A stretch of 64,000 bases of DNA from Lachnospiraceae bacterium (GCA_963621995.1 CAVFFZ010000001.1:134522-198521); one strand, 5' to 3'; shown: positions 51,958 through 64,000, counted from the stretch's first letter. Translations and numbers: made by a program. The notes: generated by a model from the letters alone, not told the origin.

Positions 51958-52665
51958 TTACCATTCAATTTCTTCTATAGGTGTTGGATTTTCATTTATT
52001 ATAATATTTTCAGCTTTTCCATTTTTAAACTGAATTACTTTGTCTGCCATTGGAGCTATAGCCGAATTGTGTGTAATAATTATAACTGTCATATTTTCTT
52101 TTCTACAAGTATTTTGTAATAACTCTAATATTTGTTTTCCTGTTTTATAATCTAATGCACCTGTTGGTTCGTCACATAAAAGTAGCTTAGGATTTTTAGC
52201 TATTGCTCTTGCTATTGCAACTCTTTGCTGCTCTCCACCAGATAATTGTGAAGGAAAGTTTCTAACTCTATCTTTTAACCCTACCTTTTTCATTATTGTT
52301 TCTGGATTTAAAGAATCTTTACAAATTTGTGTTGCAAGTTCTACGTTTTCTATTGCTGTTAAATTTTGAACTAAATTGTAAAATTGAAATACAAAGCCTA
52401 TATCTTCTCTTCTATACTTTACAAGTTCTTTTTTCTTTAATGTTGAAACGTTTTTTCCATCTACAATTACATCTCCTGAAGTTGCTGTATCCATTCCCCC
52501 TAAAATATTCAAACAAGTAGTTTTACCTGCTCCAGAGGGACCTACTATAACTACTAATTCGCCTTTTTCTATTGTAAAATTTGTGTTGTCTAATGCTTTA
52601 ATAGTAACTTCACCCATTTTATATTCTTTCTTTACATTTTTAAACTCTATATATGACATTTTCAT
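51958..52665 (-). CDS. ABC transporter ATP-binding protein (MacB/LolD-like)
   Basis: [16 protein letters not shown] Walker [15 protein letters not shown] signature, [12 protein letters not shown] Walker B. Confidence 0.9.
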   Translation of the reverse strand: MKMSYIEFKNVKKEYKMGEVTIKALDNTNFTIEKGELVVIVGPSGAGKTTCLNILGGMDTATSGDVIVDGKNVSTLKKKELVKYRREDIGFVFQFYNLVQNLTAIENVELATQICKDSLNPETIMKKVGLKDRVRNFPSQLSGGEQQRVAIARAIAKNPKLLLCDEPTGALDYKTGKQILELLQNTCRKENMTVIIITHNSAIAPMADKVIQFKNGKAENIIINENPTPIEEIEW

Positions 52666-52678
52666 TTTCCTTTCTCAG

Positions 52679-52707
52679 GACATTTGGGGACGGGTCACTT
52701 TTGTCCT
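52679..52707. repeat. 29-nt GC-rich element (ACATTTGGGGACGGGTCACTTTTGTCC)
   Basis: Reverse complement matches the elements at 18851 and 55962. Confidence 0.55.
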
Positions 52708-53054
52708 TTACATAATTTTTGTATTTAATTCATTTTCTATTTTTATATCATATTTTTAATCTTTTTACTATATTTTTTACAGATATTTCATATTTTATAG
52801 TAAAACACAATAATAAATGTTTTACAAATGTCATATTTATATTCTACAGAAGTAGAAATATTGTATTTTTTTTGTAAATTTTACAATATTTCTATTTTTA
52901 TATGTTATAATAAAAATATGTTACGATTCAATAATAATTTTTAGTGTCCGTTTAAATAAGATATAAAGCTTTATCATTTTTGGACATATTTTTCTTTAAT
53001 GAGCTGTAACAAAAATAGAGATAAAATTTTTATATTATTTTAAGGAGGATTATT

Positions 53055-53738
53055 ATGATTAGTGAAGGAAATCAAGAACCAATCTCTCAAGAAGTAAAAA
53101 ATGACTTTTTACCAAAAACTTTCTTTTGGATGTTTTTAGGATTATTAGGCACTGCTATTGTAGCATGGTATACTTACTCTTCTGGGTTATTTGTAAGCAT
53201 ATTAACTGGTGGTAGCTTTGGAGCTTTATTAATTGCAGAAGTTGTAGTCGTTTTAGTATTTTCACTTTTATTTAGAAAACTTTCGCCTACTGTTGCAGGC
53301 ATTCTATTTTTTGTTTATGCTGCTATTAATGGTGTTAGTTTATCTACAATATTTGTAGTATTTGAGCTAAACTCTGTTGTATTACTATTTGTAGCATCAG
53401 CTTTATTATTTGGAGCATTTGCTTTGTATGGCTACAAAACATCAAAAGACTTAAGTAATTGGCGTACATTACTTTTTGGAACTCTAATTGCTGGTTTAAT
53501 TGTAAGTATCATTAATTTATTTATTGGTAATACTATGTTAGATATTATTCTAGACTGGGTTATACTTTTAGTATTCTTTGGAATTACAACATATGATATG
53601 AACAAAATTAAACAATTATATTTGGATGAAAATCTAGATAAAAATAAATTGCATATATATGGTGCAATGGAACTATACTTAGACTTTATAAATATATTTT
53701 TACGTATCCTTTCTATATTTGGAAAGAGAAGAGATTAA
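53055..53738 (+). CDS. Bax inhibitor-1/YccA family membrane protein
   Basis: Seven-TM profile, ~225 aa, conserved N-terminal region. Confidence 0.7.
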   Translation: MISEGNQEPISQEVKNDFLPKTFFWMFLGLLGTAIVAWYTYSSGLFVSILTGGSFGALLIAEVVVVLVFSLLFRKLSPTVAGILFFVYAAINGVSLSTIFVVFELNSVVLLFVASALLFGAFALYGYKTSKDLSNWRTLLFGTLIAGLIVSIINLFIGNTMLDIILDWVILLVFFGITTYDMNKIKQLYLDENLDKNKLHIYGAMELYLDFINIFLRILSIFGKRRD

Positions 53739-53794
53739 ATTTTATAAATTAGAAAAATCACTAGCTTGTTGTAACATCAAAAATGTTTTAATTA

Positions 53795-53832
53795 AAGGGA
53801 CGTCCCTAATCGATTAGGGATGTCCTTTTTTT
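53795..53832. terminator. Near-perfect palindrome AAAGGGACGTCCCTAATCG|ATTAGGGATGTCCTTTTT, a bidirectional terminator of the GGGACG family
   Basis: Direct inspection; A-run and T-run on either side. Confidence 0.6.
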
Positions 53833-53850
53833 AAAAAATATTTCTTACTT

Positions 53851-54420
53851 TGTTTACAACGTAATGGCTTCCACCTTTATTTTGTACATCTTCTACCATA
53901 CTGACTATCATTAACTGCCTATCACTATTTTCATCTGCTATAAATGCATTAAACCAGCCTATTTCTCTTCCTTCTTTAATAGCTTGCTAAAGTTGTTCTG
54001 TTATATAAAGGTTTTGCTTCATCATTTAATAACTCATCCCATTTATTTACTGTTATTCCTAAACTAAAATCATTTGAGTTAAATGTTGGTGTGCTTACTA
54101 ATGCTAAAATTTCTCCTGTTTTAGCATCTATTGTAGAAACCCTTACTTTGTAATTATCATTTAAACTTGGAAAAATAAGATTTGATGACCATTTAATTTT
54201 GTATGTTCCCTCTTTCTTTTCTAAATTGGCTGTATTAGAAAAACTAATTTCTCCTACAACAGTGCTCATTACTGTTGTATACACTATTTCTGCGTTATTC
54301 TGCTATTTAGTTGTTTTTGCAATATTTATATCTATAGAACTTAATTCTATTCCCTCATATATATTTTTATTTCTATTTATAAAATTTTCTTTTTCTGTAT
54401 TGTTCAAGACCAATGAATAC
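53851..54420 (-). pseudogene. Penicillin-binding protein remnant. Pieces of the dimerisation/transpeptidase N-terminal region and the PBP C-terminus lie in different frames; most of the ~2 kb gene is missing.
   Basis: NKWDELLNDEAKPLYNRTTLASY (pre-SxxK PBP block) followed by a stop. In another frame GWFNAFIADENSDRQLMIVSMVEDVQNKGGSHYVVNKVRNIF resembles a PBP C-terminus. Confidence 0.5.
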
Positions 54421-54423
54421 ATT

Positions 54424-55650
54424 TTAAATTCTTTTTCCAATATAGCTATTTTTCTTTCCTCTTTTTACAACTATATATGTATTTTCTATAAACATAGTGT
54501 CGTCTACAACCGTATTTACATCTGTTATTTTTTCTCCATTTATTGATACAGCATTATTTGACACAAATTCTCTTGCTTCTCTTTTACTTGATGTAGCACC
54601 TAATGTTACTAATAAATCTAAAATATTTTGATTTGCTTCTACCTCTTTTATGTCTTCATTTCCAATTAGTTCTTCAATATCTTTTTTGCTTAAATCAGCA
54701 AATTTATTGTTAAATAGATGATCTGCTAAATTTACTGCTTTTTCATATTCTTCTTTTCCATGCAAGAAAGTAATAATTTCTCTCGCCAATGCTTTGTGTG
54801 CCTCTCTTAATTCTGGATGTTCATTGTTTTTTCTTTCATATTCTTCAATTTCTTCTTTAGAAAGGAATGTATAAATTTTCAGGTAATCTATTACCATGCA
54901 ATCTTCAACATTTGTAAAGAATTGATATAGTTTGTAACTTGAGGTTTTTTCTTTATCTAACCATAGTGCATTTCCTTCACTTTTTCCAAATTTCTTTCCT
55001 TGTGAATCTGTAACAAGTGGCATTGTAAATGCATATACTTCATCTCCTGTAGCTTTTCTAATTAAATCTATGCCAGCTGTAATATTTCCCCATTGGTCAG
55101 AACCTGCACATTGCATATCCACACCTTTATTTTCATGTAGCCATTTAAAATCTAATGCTTGTAAAATCATATATGAAAATTCTGTATATGTAATTCCACT
55201 ATCTAATCTTCTTCTAATTATATCTTTATCTAACATGTAATTTATATTGAAAAATTTTCCATAGTCTCTTAAAAAATCTATTACATTTATATCTTTGTAC
55301 CAATCATTGTTATTTACAACTTCAAACCCAAATATCTTTTCAACTTGTGCTTTTAAGCTTTCAAAATTGTGTCTTACCTCTTCTTTAGAAATCATTGCTC
55401 TTTCTGTAGTAGGACGTGGATCTCCTATCATTCCTGTTCCACCACCTACTAATAAAATTGGATGATGTCCTGCTTCTTTTAATCTTTTTGAAATTAGAAA
55501 GCTTGATAAATGTCCTACATGAAGGCTATCTGCTGTTGGATCTGTTCCAATATAGAAAGTAAGTCCTCCTTTATTTAATTTTTCTTCTAATTCTGGACTT
55601 GATATGTCTTTTATAAGTCCTCTCCATTTTAAATCTTCAACTAATGTCAT
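54424..55650 (-). CDS. tyrS: Tyrosyl-tRNA synthetase
   Basis: HVGH (HIGH) motif in PTADSLHVGHL, KFGKS (KMSKS) motif, S4 C-terminal domain. Confidence 0.95.
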   Translation of the reverse strand: MTLVEDLKWRGLIKDISSPELEEKLNKGGLTFYIGTDPTADSLHVGHLSSFLISKRLKEAGHHPILLVGGGTGMIGDPRPTTERAMISKEEVRHNFESLKAQVEKIFGFEVVNNNDWYKDINVIDFLRDYGKFFNINYMLDKDIIRRRLDSGITYTEFSYMILQALDFKWLHENKGVDMQCAGSDQWGNITAGIDLIRKATGDEVYAFTMPLVTDSQGKKFGKSEGNALWLDKEKTSSYKLYQFFTNVEDCMVIDYLKIYTFLSKEEIEEYERKNNEHPELREAHKALAREIITFLHGKEEYEKAVNLADHLFNNKFADLSKKDIEELIGNEDIKEVEANQNILDLLVTLGATSSKREAREFVSNNAVSINGEKITDVNTVVDDTMFIENTYIVVKRGKKNSYIGKRI

Positions 55651-55654
55651 TTTA

Positions 55655-55945
55655 TTTCCTCCTTTTAACTTTAAACAAAAAAGCCAAATGCATCCTGTTA
55701 AAGGACGATTTGACTCGTGGTACCACCTTTATTTACTTATTTTTAATAAGCCTTATTTAGCTGTTCGTAGCTTAAACGTTAATTACTATAAGAATTGTAA
55801 TTCATAATTTTATATGCTAATAGTTTGCACCAACCACTATTTCTCTAAAGTTACTATAAAATTACTACTAGGTTTCTTTTTAAAGTGCAATTAAATTAAT
55901 TATGTTTGTATTATACTATATATTTTTTTGCATTGCAAGTAAATG
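55655..55945 (-). ncRNA. T-box riboswitch leader with a Tyr (UAC) specifier and its promoter (TTGCAA-17-TATAAT) upstream of tyrS
   Basis: AAAGGTGGTACCACGAGTCAAATCGTCC T-box sequence, an overlapping terminator/antiterminator, a stem I AGAGA/AGTGG region, and GCTACGAAC as the candidate specifier. Confidence 0.75.
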
Positions 55946-55961
55946 ATTATTTTTTTATGTA

Positions 55962-55990
55962 AAGGACAAAAGTGCCCCGTCCCCATGGTA
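55962..55990. repeat. 29-nt GC-rich element (GGACAAAAGTGCCCCGTCCCCATGGTATT)
   Basis: Matches 18851 and 52679. Confidence 0.55.
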
Positions 55991-56179
55991 TTTTTTCCCA
56001 TTTTTCCTTCTTCATTTATTTATATTAGTTATTTTGGCTAAACACAAAAAAATAACACTTTCTTCAAGTGTTGTTCGTTAATCATTGCTTTCTTCACAAT
56101 GTCCGTTTCCATTCTTTTTTTATAATAACACAATTTAATACATTTGTCAAAAAAGAATTTTAAGAAATTTTAATATTAA

Positions 56180-56297
56180 AAATCTTTGCTAAACATTCCA
56201 CACGAATTTTATTTCATAAAATTTGGTGGTTGAACAAAGACGAGGCATGAAAAGTTTTCTAAAATGTCTAAAAATATCAATCATGCCTCTTTTGTTC
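56180..56297 (-). repeat. ~118-nt repeat element, copy 4. It is in orientation A relative to the gene at 56300-57811 and ends 2 nt before that gene's stop codon.
   Basis: Minus strand reads GAACAAAAGAGGCATGATTGATATTTTTAGACATTTTAGAAAACTTTTCATGCCTCGTCTTTGTTCAACCACCAAATTTTATGAAATAAAATTCGTGTGGAATGTTTAGCAAAGATTT. Confidence 0.8.
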
Positions 56298-56299
56298 TT

Positions 56300-57811
56300 T
56301 TACATTTGATTTGTTGTATTACTTATAACATTTGTTGTAGTTGTATTACTTATAGCATTAGTTGTAGTATTCGTTATTACATTTGTTGTAGTTTCGTTAA
56401 TTGTATTCGTTTTGTTATTTGACTTTGTCTCATCATTTAATTCTTCTAAATCTACATATTGATTCATATATTCAATTACATTATATGATGTTCCATTAAA
56501 CACCATTGTATATTCTTCTCTACCATTATTTATTACATAATAAACATTTTCTAAAGCCGTTGCTACTAATTCTTTTCCTAAATAATTAACTATTCCATAT
56601 ATTGATTTTTTTCTTTTATTTTCATCTTCAGTTATTTTTGAGACTACAATTCCTTTTATATCTGGAATTATTAATGTGCTATTAGAAGTATTGTTATTTG
56701 TTATACAACCTAATGAATCATATTCTATTGGTAATATTATATTTCCCTTTTTGTCATACATACCCCATTTACCATTTTGTTTTACTGGTATTGCATTATT
56801 AAATAACAAATACGGATTTTTAATATCACTATTTTGGAATTGTGTTGCATCTATACCTATTTCATCATATTCTAAATATATTAATATTTTTCCGTTTTTC
56901 TCTATAACACCTTTTTTATTATTATTTGTTGCTAAATATAAATTCAAATCTTTATCTATTTGTTTTAAACTATCATATTGTGGACTTACTTTTGTATCTC
57001 CATCTGCTGTAATAATTCCTACTTTATTTTCTGGAGTTTTTACTATAAATTCTTGTGTACTTTCTATAAATTCAATGTCAGTATATTTAGTTCCTACAAT
57101 TTCTTTGTCTCCTAATTTATATATACCATATCTTATATCTTTACTATTAGCATTTCTATCTGTATTATCTATATTTTGTATTATCATTAGTCCATATAAT
57201 AAAGCTTTTTGGTTTTTAAAGTCTGTAGCCACTGCAGATGTATTATAATTTTGTGTATAGTAATTTGCTAAATATGACAATGTATATATTGTTATTTTAT
57301 TTTGTTCTTGATTCCTTGTTATTTGTATATTACAAGCTAAACTAAGACCTTCAGCTGTAATATAAAGTTTTTTATTCATTCTTATTACTGGTTTTTCTAT
57401 TGTATAATATTCATAATCTACCTCATCTATAGGGGTTTTATAAATTATATTTGAATCTTTTTCAAATGTACATACTTCGTTTTCTCCCTCTAGATATCCT
57501 TTTGAAGTATCCTCACTATATTGTTTATATCCACTGTTATAATATTTATATCCTATCATAGGAGCAATATCTTCTAAAGATACATACACTGTATCTCCTT
57601 CATAAACAAATAAATCATTTTTTGACGAAACTTTCTTATCATCTATATAAAATTTGAACAATTGACCTTCTAAATAATATATTGTTATAAATAAGATTAT
57701 ACTAATTACAAAAAGCATAATAATTATTATTGTTATAAGTTTCATTGTCTTTTTATTTTTTCTATCTTTTTCTTCTTGATTTGTTCCTATAATTTCCATA
57801 AAATCCTCCAT
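56300..57811 (-). CDS. Membrane-anchored hypothetical protein (503 aa) with a C-terminal tandem Thr/Asn-rich low-complexity repeat
   Basis: N-terminal TM helix. The C-terminal NTINETTTNVITNTTTNAISNTTTTNVISNTTNQM is encoded by imperfect ~24-nt tandem DNA repeats at 56300-56420. Confidence 0.45.
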   Translation of the reverse strand: MEDFMEIIGTNQEEKDRKNKKTMKLITIIIIMLFVISIILFITIYYLEGQLFKFYIDDKKVSSKNDLFVYEGDTVYVSLEDIAPMIGYKYYNSGYKQYSEDTSKGYLEGENEVCTFEKDSNIIYKTPIDEVDYEYYTIEKPVIRMNKKLYITAEGLSLACNIQITRNQEQNKITIYTLSYLANYYTQNYNTSAVATDFKNQKALLYGLMIIQNIDNTDRNANSKDIRYGIYKLGDKEIVGTKYTDIEFIESTQEFIVKTPENKVGIITADGDTKVSPQYDSLKQIDKDLNLYLATNNNKKGVIEKNGKILIYLEYDEIGIDATQFQNSDIKNPYLLFNNAIPVKQNGKWGMYDKKGNIILPIEYDSLGCITNNNTSNSTLIIPDIKGIVVSKITEDENKRKKSIYGIVNYLGKELVATALENVYYVINNGREEYTMVFNGTSYNVIEYMNQYVDLEELNDETKSNNKTNTINETTTNVITNTTTNAISNTTTTNVISNTTNQM

Positions 57812-57825
57812 TATTTTCTTTTGTT

Positions 57826-59746
<1,921 letters not shown>

Positions 59747-59805
59747 AAATATTCCTTCTTTCTTTTTTTATTTAAGCCCCTATTTTTATTTTTGAATTTT
59801 GCTTT

Positions 59806-59834
59806 GTGGTAAAAAAGACCGTCCCTTTTTTAAC
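59806..59834. repeat. REP hairpin GTGGTAAAAAAGACCGTCCCTTTTTTAAC, an inverted partner of 58966-58994, overlapping the queA stop codon
   Basis: The queA TAA lies at 59830-59832 inside the element. Confidence 0.7.
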
Positions 59835-60855
59835 AAATAAACATTGCATCACCAAAACTAAAGAAACGATATTTTTCTTCTACTGCATGTTTATATGCTT
59901 CCATTATATAGTCTTTTCCTGCTAACGCTGATACTAGCATTATTAAAGTTGATTCTGGTAAATGAAAATTTGTAATTAAGCAATCTATACATTTGAATTT
60001 ATAGCCCGGATATATAAATATATTTGTGTCGCCTTCTGTTTCTTTTACTAATCCATTTTCATCTGCTACTGATTCTAGTACTCTACAAGACGTTGTTCCT
60101 ACTGCTATTATTCTTCCTCCATTTTTCTTTGTATTATTTATTTTTTCTGCATCTTCATGTTTTATATAATAATGTTCACTATGCATGTCATGTTCTTCTA
60201 TATTTTCTACTTTTACTGGTCTAAATGTTCCTATTCCAACATGAAGTGTTACATTAGCAATTTCTACACCTTTTTCCTTTATTTTTTCTAGTAGCTCTTC
60301 AGTAAAATGAAGTCCTGCTGTAGGAGCTGCTGCTGATCCTTCATATTTTGCATATACTGTTTGATATCTGGATTTATCATCTAATTTTTCTTTTATATAT
60401 GGTGGTAGTGGCATTAAACCAATTTTATCTAATATTTCATTGAATATTCCTTCATATTCAAATTTTACTTTTCTATTTCCGCCTTCCATTATTTCTAGTA
60501 TTTCTGCTTTAAGTAATCCATTTCCAAAAATAACTTTTGTTCCTATTTTTAGTCTTCTTCCTGGATGTACCATTACTTCCCAAATATCTCCTTCTATTCT
60601 TTTTAATAATAGAAATTCAATATGTACTCCTGTTTCTTCTTTTATTCCATATAATCTTGCTGGTATTACTTTTGTGTTGTTTCTAACCAAGCAATCTCCT
60701 GGTTTCAAGTAATCTAGTATATCTTTAAATATTTTATCTTCTATTGTTTTATTTTCTCTGTTTAGTACCATTAGGCGTGATGCACTTCTGTCTTTTATTG
60801 GAACTTGTGAAATTAACTCTTGTGGTAATTCATAATTAAAATCTGATACTTTCAT
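59830..60855 (-). CDS. queA: S-adenosylmethionine:tRNA ribosyltransferase-isomerase
   Basis: [32 protein letters not shown]-terminus and conserved core. Confidence 0.95.
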   Translation of the reverse strand: MKVSDFNYELPQELISQVPIKDRSASRLMVLNRENKTIEDKIFKDILDYLKPGDCLVRNNTKVIPARLYGIKEETGVHIEFLLLKRIEGDIWEVMVHPGRRLKIGTKVIFGNGLLKAEILEIMEGGNRKVKFEYEGIFNEILDKIGLMPLPPYIKEKLDDKSRYQTVYAKYEGSAAAPTAGLHFTEELLEKIKEKGVEIANVTLHVGIGTFRPVKVENIEEHDMHSEHYYIKHEDAEKINNTKKNGGRIIAVGTTSCRVLESVADENGLVKETEGDTNIFIYPGYKFKCIDCLITNFHLPESTLIMLVSALAGKDYIMEAYKHAVEEKYRFFSFGDAMFIC

Positions 60856-60924
60856 TTTTATTCCTTTCTAAAAAAACTGATTGTTATTTTTCATTTATAT
60901 TATTTGCCTTCTATGCTAGTCTGC

Positions 60925-62310
60925 TTATTCTCCTCTAAATAAATTAACTATTTTGGTAAATACATTATTTAGTTCTTCCATAACATTTTCAGGCTCTTTT
61001 AATTCACTTAGTTTATGAGAATATTCAAAATCTGATGCTTTTGCTGGTTTCTTCGTAAATATTTCTTCTGGAAGCCCTATCTTTCCTGAAGTAGTATTTA
61101 TATTTTTATTCATATAATCTTGATACCATTCTTTAAGACCTATTAGTTTCTTATTTTCATATCCATATTTTTCATAATCATGTAATTCTGGTCTTTCCAT
61201 TCCGTATTCTTCTGTATTTCTTTCTAATGTATGTAAAAACTCATGCATTAAAACTTCTTCTGGAAAAGTATTAATCCTAGTATCATATTTATATACATAA
61301 TTTTTATCATCATCTGGAAGTCTAATATTTGAATATCCTAAGCCTCTGTATTCCATAGCTCCAAGTCCTATCCAATCATTTACAGGAATTGCCTTTTGTT
61401 GATTTATATCTCCTGTTCTAAAAGCTACAAATATATGATCATACTTTCCTTCTTTTATATATGGGTCTAGCACATCTTTTATATTGTATCCTGATACATA
61501 ATAACCATTTTCTTCATCGTAAGATAATTGTGTAATTGGCGTAGTAACTTCTTCTATTTTATATGTTACTCTTATTTTATTATAGCTCATTTCTTGCATA
61601 GAACTTTGAAAACGTCTCATACAAATTGAAATATCATCTTTATCTGTTTGTGTCAAACTCAATTTAACATTTTTATTATCTATATTTACATCAACATAGT
61701 CAAACAACAAACATAAGAAATTCCATGTATTGCTTTCATCTTGAAATCCAGATTCTATTGTAAAATCTGAGAACCATGCAGTTCCTATGGTAGTATCTTC
61801 ATTTCCTCCTAATCTAAAACCTAAATCTATTTTTTCTTTATTTTTAGAATTGAAATAAAGGGTTACTTCTGTCCAATCCGTTGTCCCTGTCACATTATCT
61901 GATTTTATCAATCCATCTTTAATACATATATGTGCCCCTGCATCTGTATTTTCTTTGCTTGTTCTTACATTTTGCGTTTTTATTTTGCACGTTACTTTAT
62001 AAGGTGTATTTGGAGTTACATTTATCGTTTTATAAAACATAGCATCATTATAATTTGTATTTTCTATTTTATAACTGTTTGTATTTCCATATTTTACGTT
62101 ACTATCCCTTTCAAAGTTGGAAAATCCCATATTATATTCTGCTTTTATATAGTCATTAAAATTATATTTTTGGTATATCGTATATGCCATATATATAAGT
62201 ATTACAAAAACAACAATTGAAATGATATTTTTTATTAAATTAAAACTTTTTTTCTTTTGCATTTTTCCCTCCAATAACTTTATGTCTTTAATTATAACAC
62301 GATAATACAT
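60925..62310 (-). CDS. Membrane-anchored hypothetical protein with an HExxH motif (HEFLHTLE); putative zinc metallopeptidase-like
   Basis: N-terminal TM helix. HEFLH followed by a glutamate three residues later in the C-terminal third. Confidence 0.4.
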   Translation of the reverse strand: MYYRVIIKDIKLLEGKMQKKKSFNLIKNIISIVVFVILIYMAYTIYQKYNFNDYIKAEYNMGFSNFERDSNVKYGNTNSYKIENTNYNDAMFYKTINVTPNTPYKVTCKIKTQNVRTSKENTDAGAHICIKDGLIKSDNVTGTTDWTEVTLYFNSKNKEKIDLGFRLGGNEDTTIGTAWFSDFTIESGFQDESNTWNFLCLLFDYVDVNIDNKNVKLSLTQTDKDDISICMRRFQSSMQEMSYNKIRVTYKIEEVTTPITQLSYDEENGYYVSGYNIKDVLDPYIKEGKYDHIFVAFRTGDINQQKAIPVNDWIGLGAMEYRGLGYSNIRLPDDDKNYVYKYDTRINTFPEEVLMHEFLHTLERNTEEYGMERPELHDYEKYGYENKKLIGLKEWYQDYMNKNINTTSGKIGLPEEIFTKKPAKASDFEYSHKLSELKEPENVMEELNNVFTKIVNLFRGE

Positions 62311-62335
62311 TTAAAAACAAGTTATATATAAAAAA

Positions 62336-62406
62336 TGTGGCAAAAGGGTCGGTCTTTTTTGCCACACATTTTTTATGTGGCAAAAAAGGCCGACCCTTTT
62401 GCCACA
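62336..62406. repeat. Pair of inverted REP hairpins (TGTGGCAAAAGGGTCGGTCTTTTTTGCCACA / TGTGGCAAAAAAGGCCGACCCTTTTGCCACA) forming a 71-nt super-palindrome
   Basis: Direct inspection; same family as the REPs flanking the RAYT. Confidence 0.75.
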
Positions 62407-62412
62407 TTTAAT

Positions 62413-64000
62413 TTATATTTTTTCTACTTCTATTTGAAGTTTTTCGCCATTTATTGATGTTTCTGTGTAATTGTTTCTTTCAGCATTGTATATAATTTCG
62501 TTTGCTAATGTATCTCTTTGAATTTGCTCTGCAAACTTTTTAATTACATTTTTTAACATTTCATTTCCAGCAACATAAAGGTTAATTCTATCTAATACTT
62601 CAAATCCACTATCTTTTCTCATATTTTGTACTTTAGATAAAATTTCTCTTACATACCCCTCTTCTTTTAGTTCTTCAGTAATTGTAGTTTCTAATACAAC
62701 ACCAATTTCACCTTCGCCTGCAAATGCAAATCCATCTTTTCCTTGCATTGTAATTAAAAGATTTTCGCTATTTAATGATATTGTTTCTTCTCCTACTTTT
62801 ATTACTTCTTCTTCACCTTTTTGAATTTTTAGTGCAAGTTCCATTTGATTTTTCTTTGCTATTTCTTGTTTAATTTGTGGTATTAATTTTCCATAAGTTC
62901 TTCCTAATACTGGTAGATTTGGTTTAATTTCAAAATTAACATACTTTGACATTTGGGCTCCAAACTCTACTTTTTTGATGTTTAATTCATCTTTTACTAT
63001 ATCTGCATAGTATTTTGGAAGCGTACTTACTGAAATTAGCATTTCTGAAAGTGGTTGTCTATTTTTAATATTTGCACTATTTCTTGCACTTCTTCCTAAT
63101 TTTACTATTGTATAAGCTAAGTCCATTTCTTTTTCTAAGACTTTATCTATAGCACTTTCATCTGCTTCTGGCCAAGTACATAAATGTATACTTTCTGGAG
63201 CATTTTTGTCTAAGTTCACTACTAAGTTTTGATAAATTTCTTCTGTAATAAATGGTACAAATGGTGCACAAATTTTTGCTAAAGTAGTTAATACTTTATA
63301 TAGTGTTACATATGCGCCTATTTTATCTTCTGTTAGAGACTCACTCCAATATCTTTCTCTGTTTCTACGTACATACCAGTTAGATAAGTTGTCTGTAAAT
63401 TCTTCTATTTCTATTGCAGCATTTGTTATATCGTATTTATCTAATTTTTCTTCTATATCTTTTATTAATGTATTTAATTTAGAAATTATCCATTTATCCA
63501 TTACATTTTCTGATTTGAAATCTACATATTCTAATGGGTTAAATTTATCTATTTCTGCATAAAGTACATAGAATGAGTAAACATTCCATAATGTAGACAA
63601 GAATTTTCTTTGTGTTTCTTCTACATCTTTTATAGAAAATCTTGTTGGTAGCCATGGTGCTGAAGATGTATAGAAATGCCATCTTGTAGCATCTGCTCCT
63701 ACTGAATTTAATACTTCAAATGGATCTACAACATTTCCTAAATGTTTAGACATTTTTAAACCTTTGCTATCTAAAACGTGTCCTAATACTATACAATTTT
63801 CAAATGGGTTTGTATCAAATATACATGTTGAAATTGCTAAAAGAGTATAGAACCATCCTCTAGTTTGGTCAACAGCTTCTGATATAAATTGAGCTGGGAA
63901 GTTTTTATCAAACAATTCCTTATTTTCAAATGGGTAATGTAATTGTGCAAAAGGCATAGATCCTGAATCAAACCAGCAGTCTATAACTTCTTTTTCTCTT
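62413..64000 (-). CDS. ileS: Class I aminoacyl-tRNA synthetase, C-terminal part (most likely isoleucyl-tRNA synthetase); the 5' end lies beyond the window
   Basis: [12 protein letters not shown] (KMSKS) and an anticodon-binding domain. The ORF is open to the window edge. Confidence 0.7.
   Translation of the reverse strand, partial: REKEVIDCWFDSGSMPFAQLHYPFENKELFDKNFPAQFISEAVDQTRGWFYTLLAISTCIFDTNPFENCIVLGHVLDSKGLKMSKHLGNVVDPFEVLNSVGADATRWHFYTSSAPWLPTRFSIKDVEETQRKFLSTLWNVYSFYVLYAEIDKFNPLEYVDFKSENVMDKWIISKLNTLIKDIEEKLDKYDITNAAIEIEEFTDNLSNWYVRRNRERYWSESLTEDKIGAYVTLYKVLTTLAKICAPFVPFITEEIYQNLVVNLDKNAPESIHLCTWPEADESAIDKVLEKEMDLAYTIVKLGRSARNSANIKNRQPLSEMLISVSTLPKYYADIVKDELNIKKVEFGAQMSKYVNFEIKPNLPVLGRTYGKLIPQIKQEIAKKNQMELALKIQKGEEEVIKVGEETISLNSENLLITMQGKDGFAFAGEGEIGVVLETTITEELKEEGYVREILSKVQNMRKDSGFEVLDRINLYVAGNEMLKNVIKKFAEQIQRDTLANEIIYNAERNNYTETSINGEKLQIEVEKI

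Noticed and set aside
56300-56420. The tandem repeats at the 3' end of the 503-aa gene could have been a CRISPR-like or minisatellite array.
   Set aside because: The units are imperfect, in-frame and coding (Thr/Asn repeats), with no spacer/repeat alternation. No CRISPR array is present anywhere in the window.

Overview
This is a 64 kb chromosomal segment from a very AT-rich, spore-forming Firmicute, most likely Clostridium-like given cotJABC, spoVS, sigH, ytfJ/gerW, lexA, recA-recX, mreB and the mutS-miaB arrangement. About 75% of the coding sequence is on the minus strand, and most of it is housekeeping. Six regions are not explained by a plain core-genome annotation. (1) The left ~11 kb looks like an integrated island beside tRNA-Tyr/tRNA-Met with a phage-type tyrosine integrase. 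It carries an operon-like cluster: a small radical SAM gene, small ORFs, a radical SAM/SPASM maturase, a PEP-utilising (swivelling phospho-His) enzyme and an E. coli-type YcaO. A 23-codon ORF with an ELGG-NYCQD motif and an intrinsic terminator sits between the PEP enzyme and YcaO. Two paralogous ~93-aa proteins and serine-recombinase fragments are also on the island. (2) A NUDIX hydrolase gene is bracketed by direct copies of a ~118-nt repeat. Next to it is a 433-aa protein with split RelA/SpoT-like alarmone-synthetase signature motifs. (3) A ToxN/AbiQ-family endoribonuclease toxin has no upstream ToxI RNA repeat array. It lies directly downstream of a ParE/RelE-type toxin and a small antitoxin-like gene, and the three sit between mutS and ligA where mutL would be expected. 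(4) A REP-associated tyrosine transposase (RAYT) is inserted between tgt and queA. It is flanked by inverted REP hairpins, and related GGGACGGTCC-core palindromes recur across the window and several times supply gene stop codons. (5) The ~118-nt hairpin-rich repeat occurs four times and in three cases abuts a stop codon. (6) thyA/folA and a PBP gene survive only as remnants broken by repeat insertions. All calls rest on motif-level reading of the supplied translations and the raw sequence; no searches were run.
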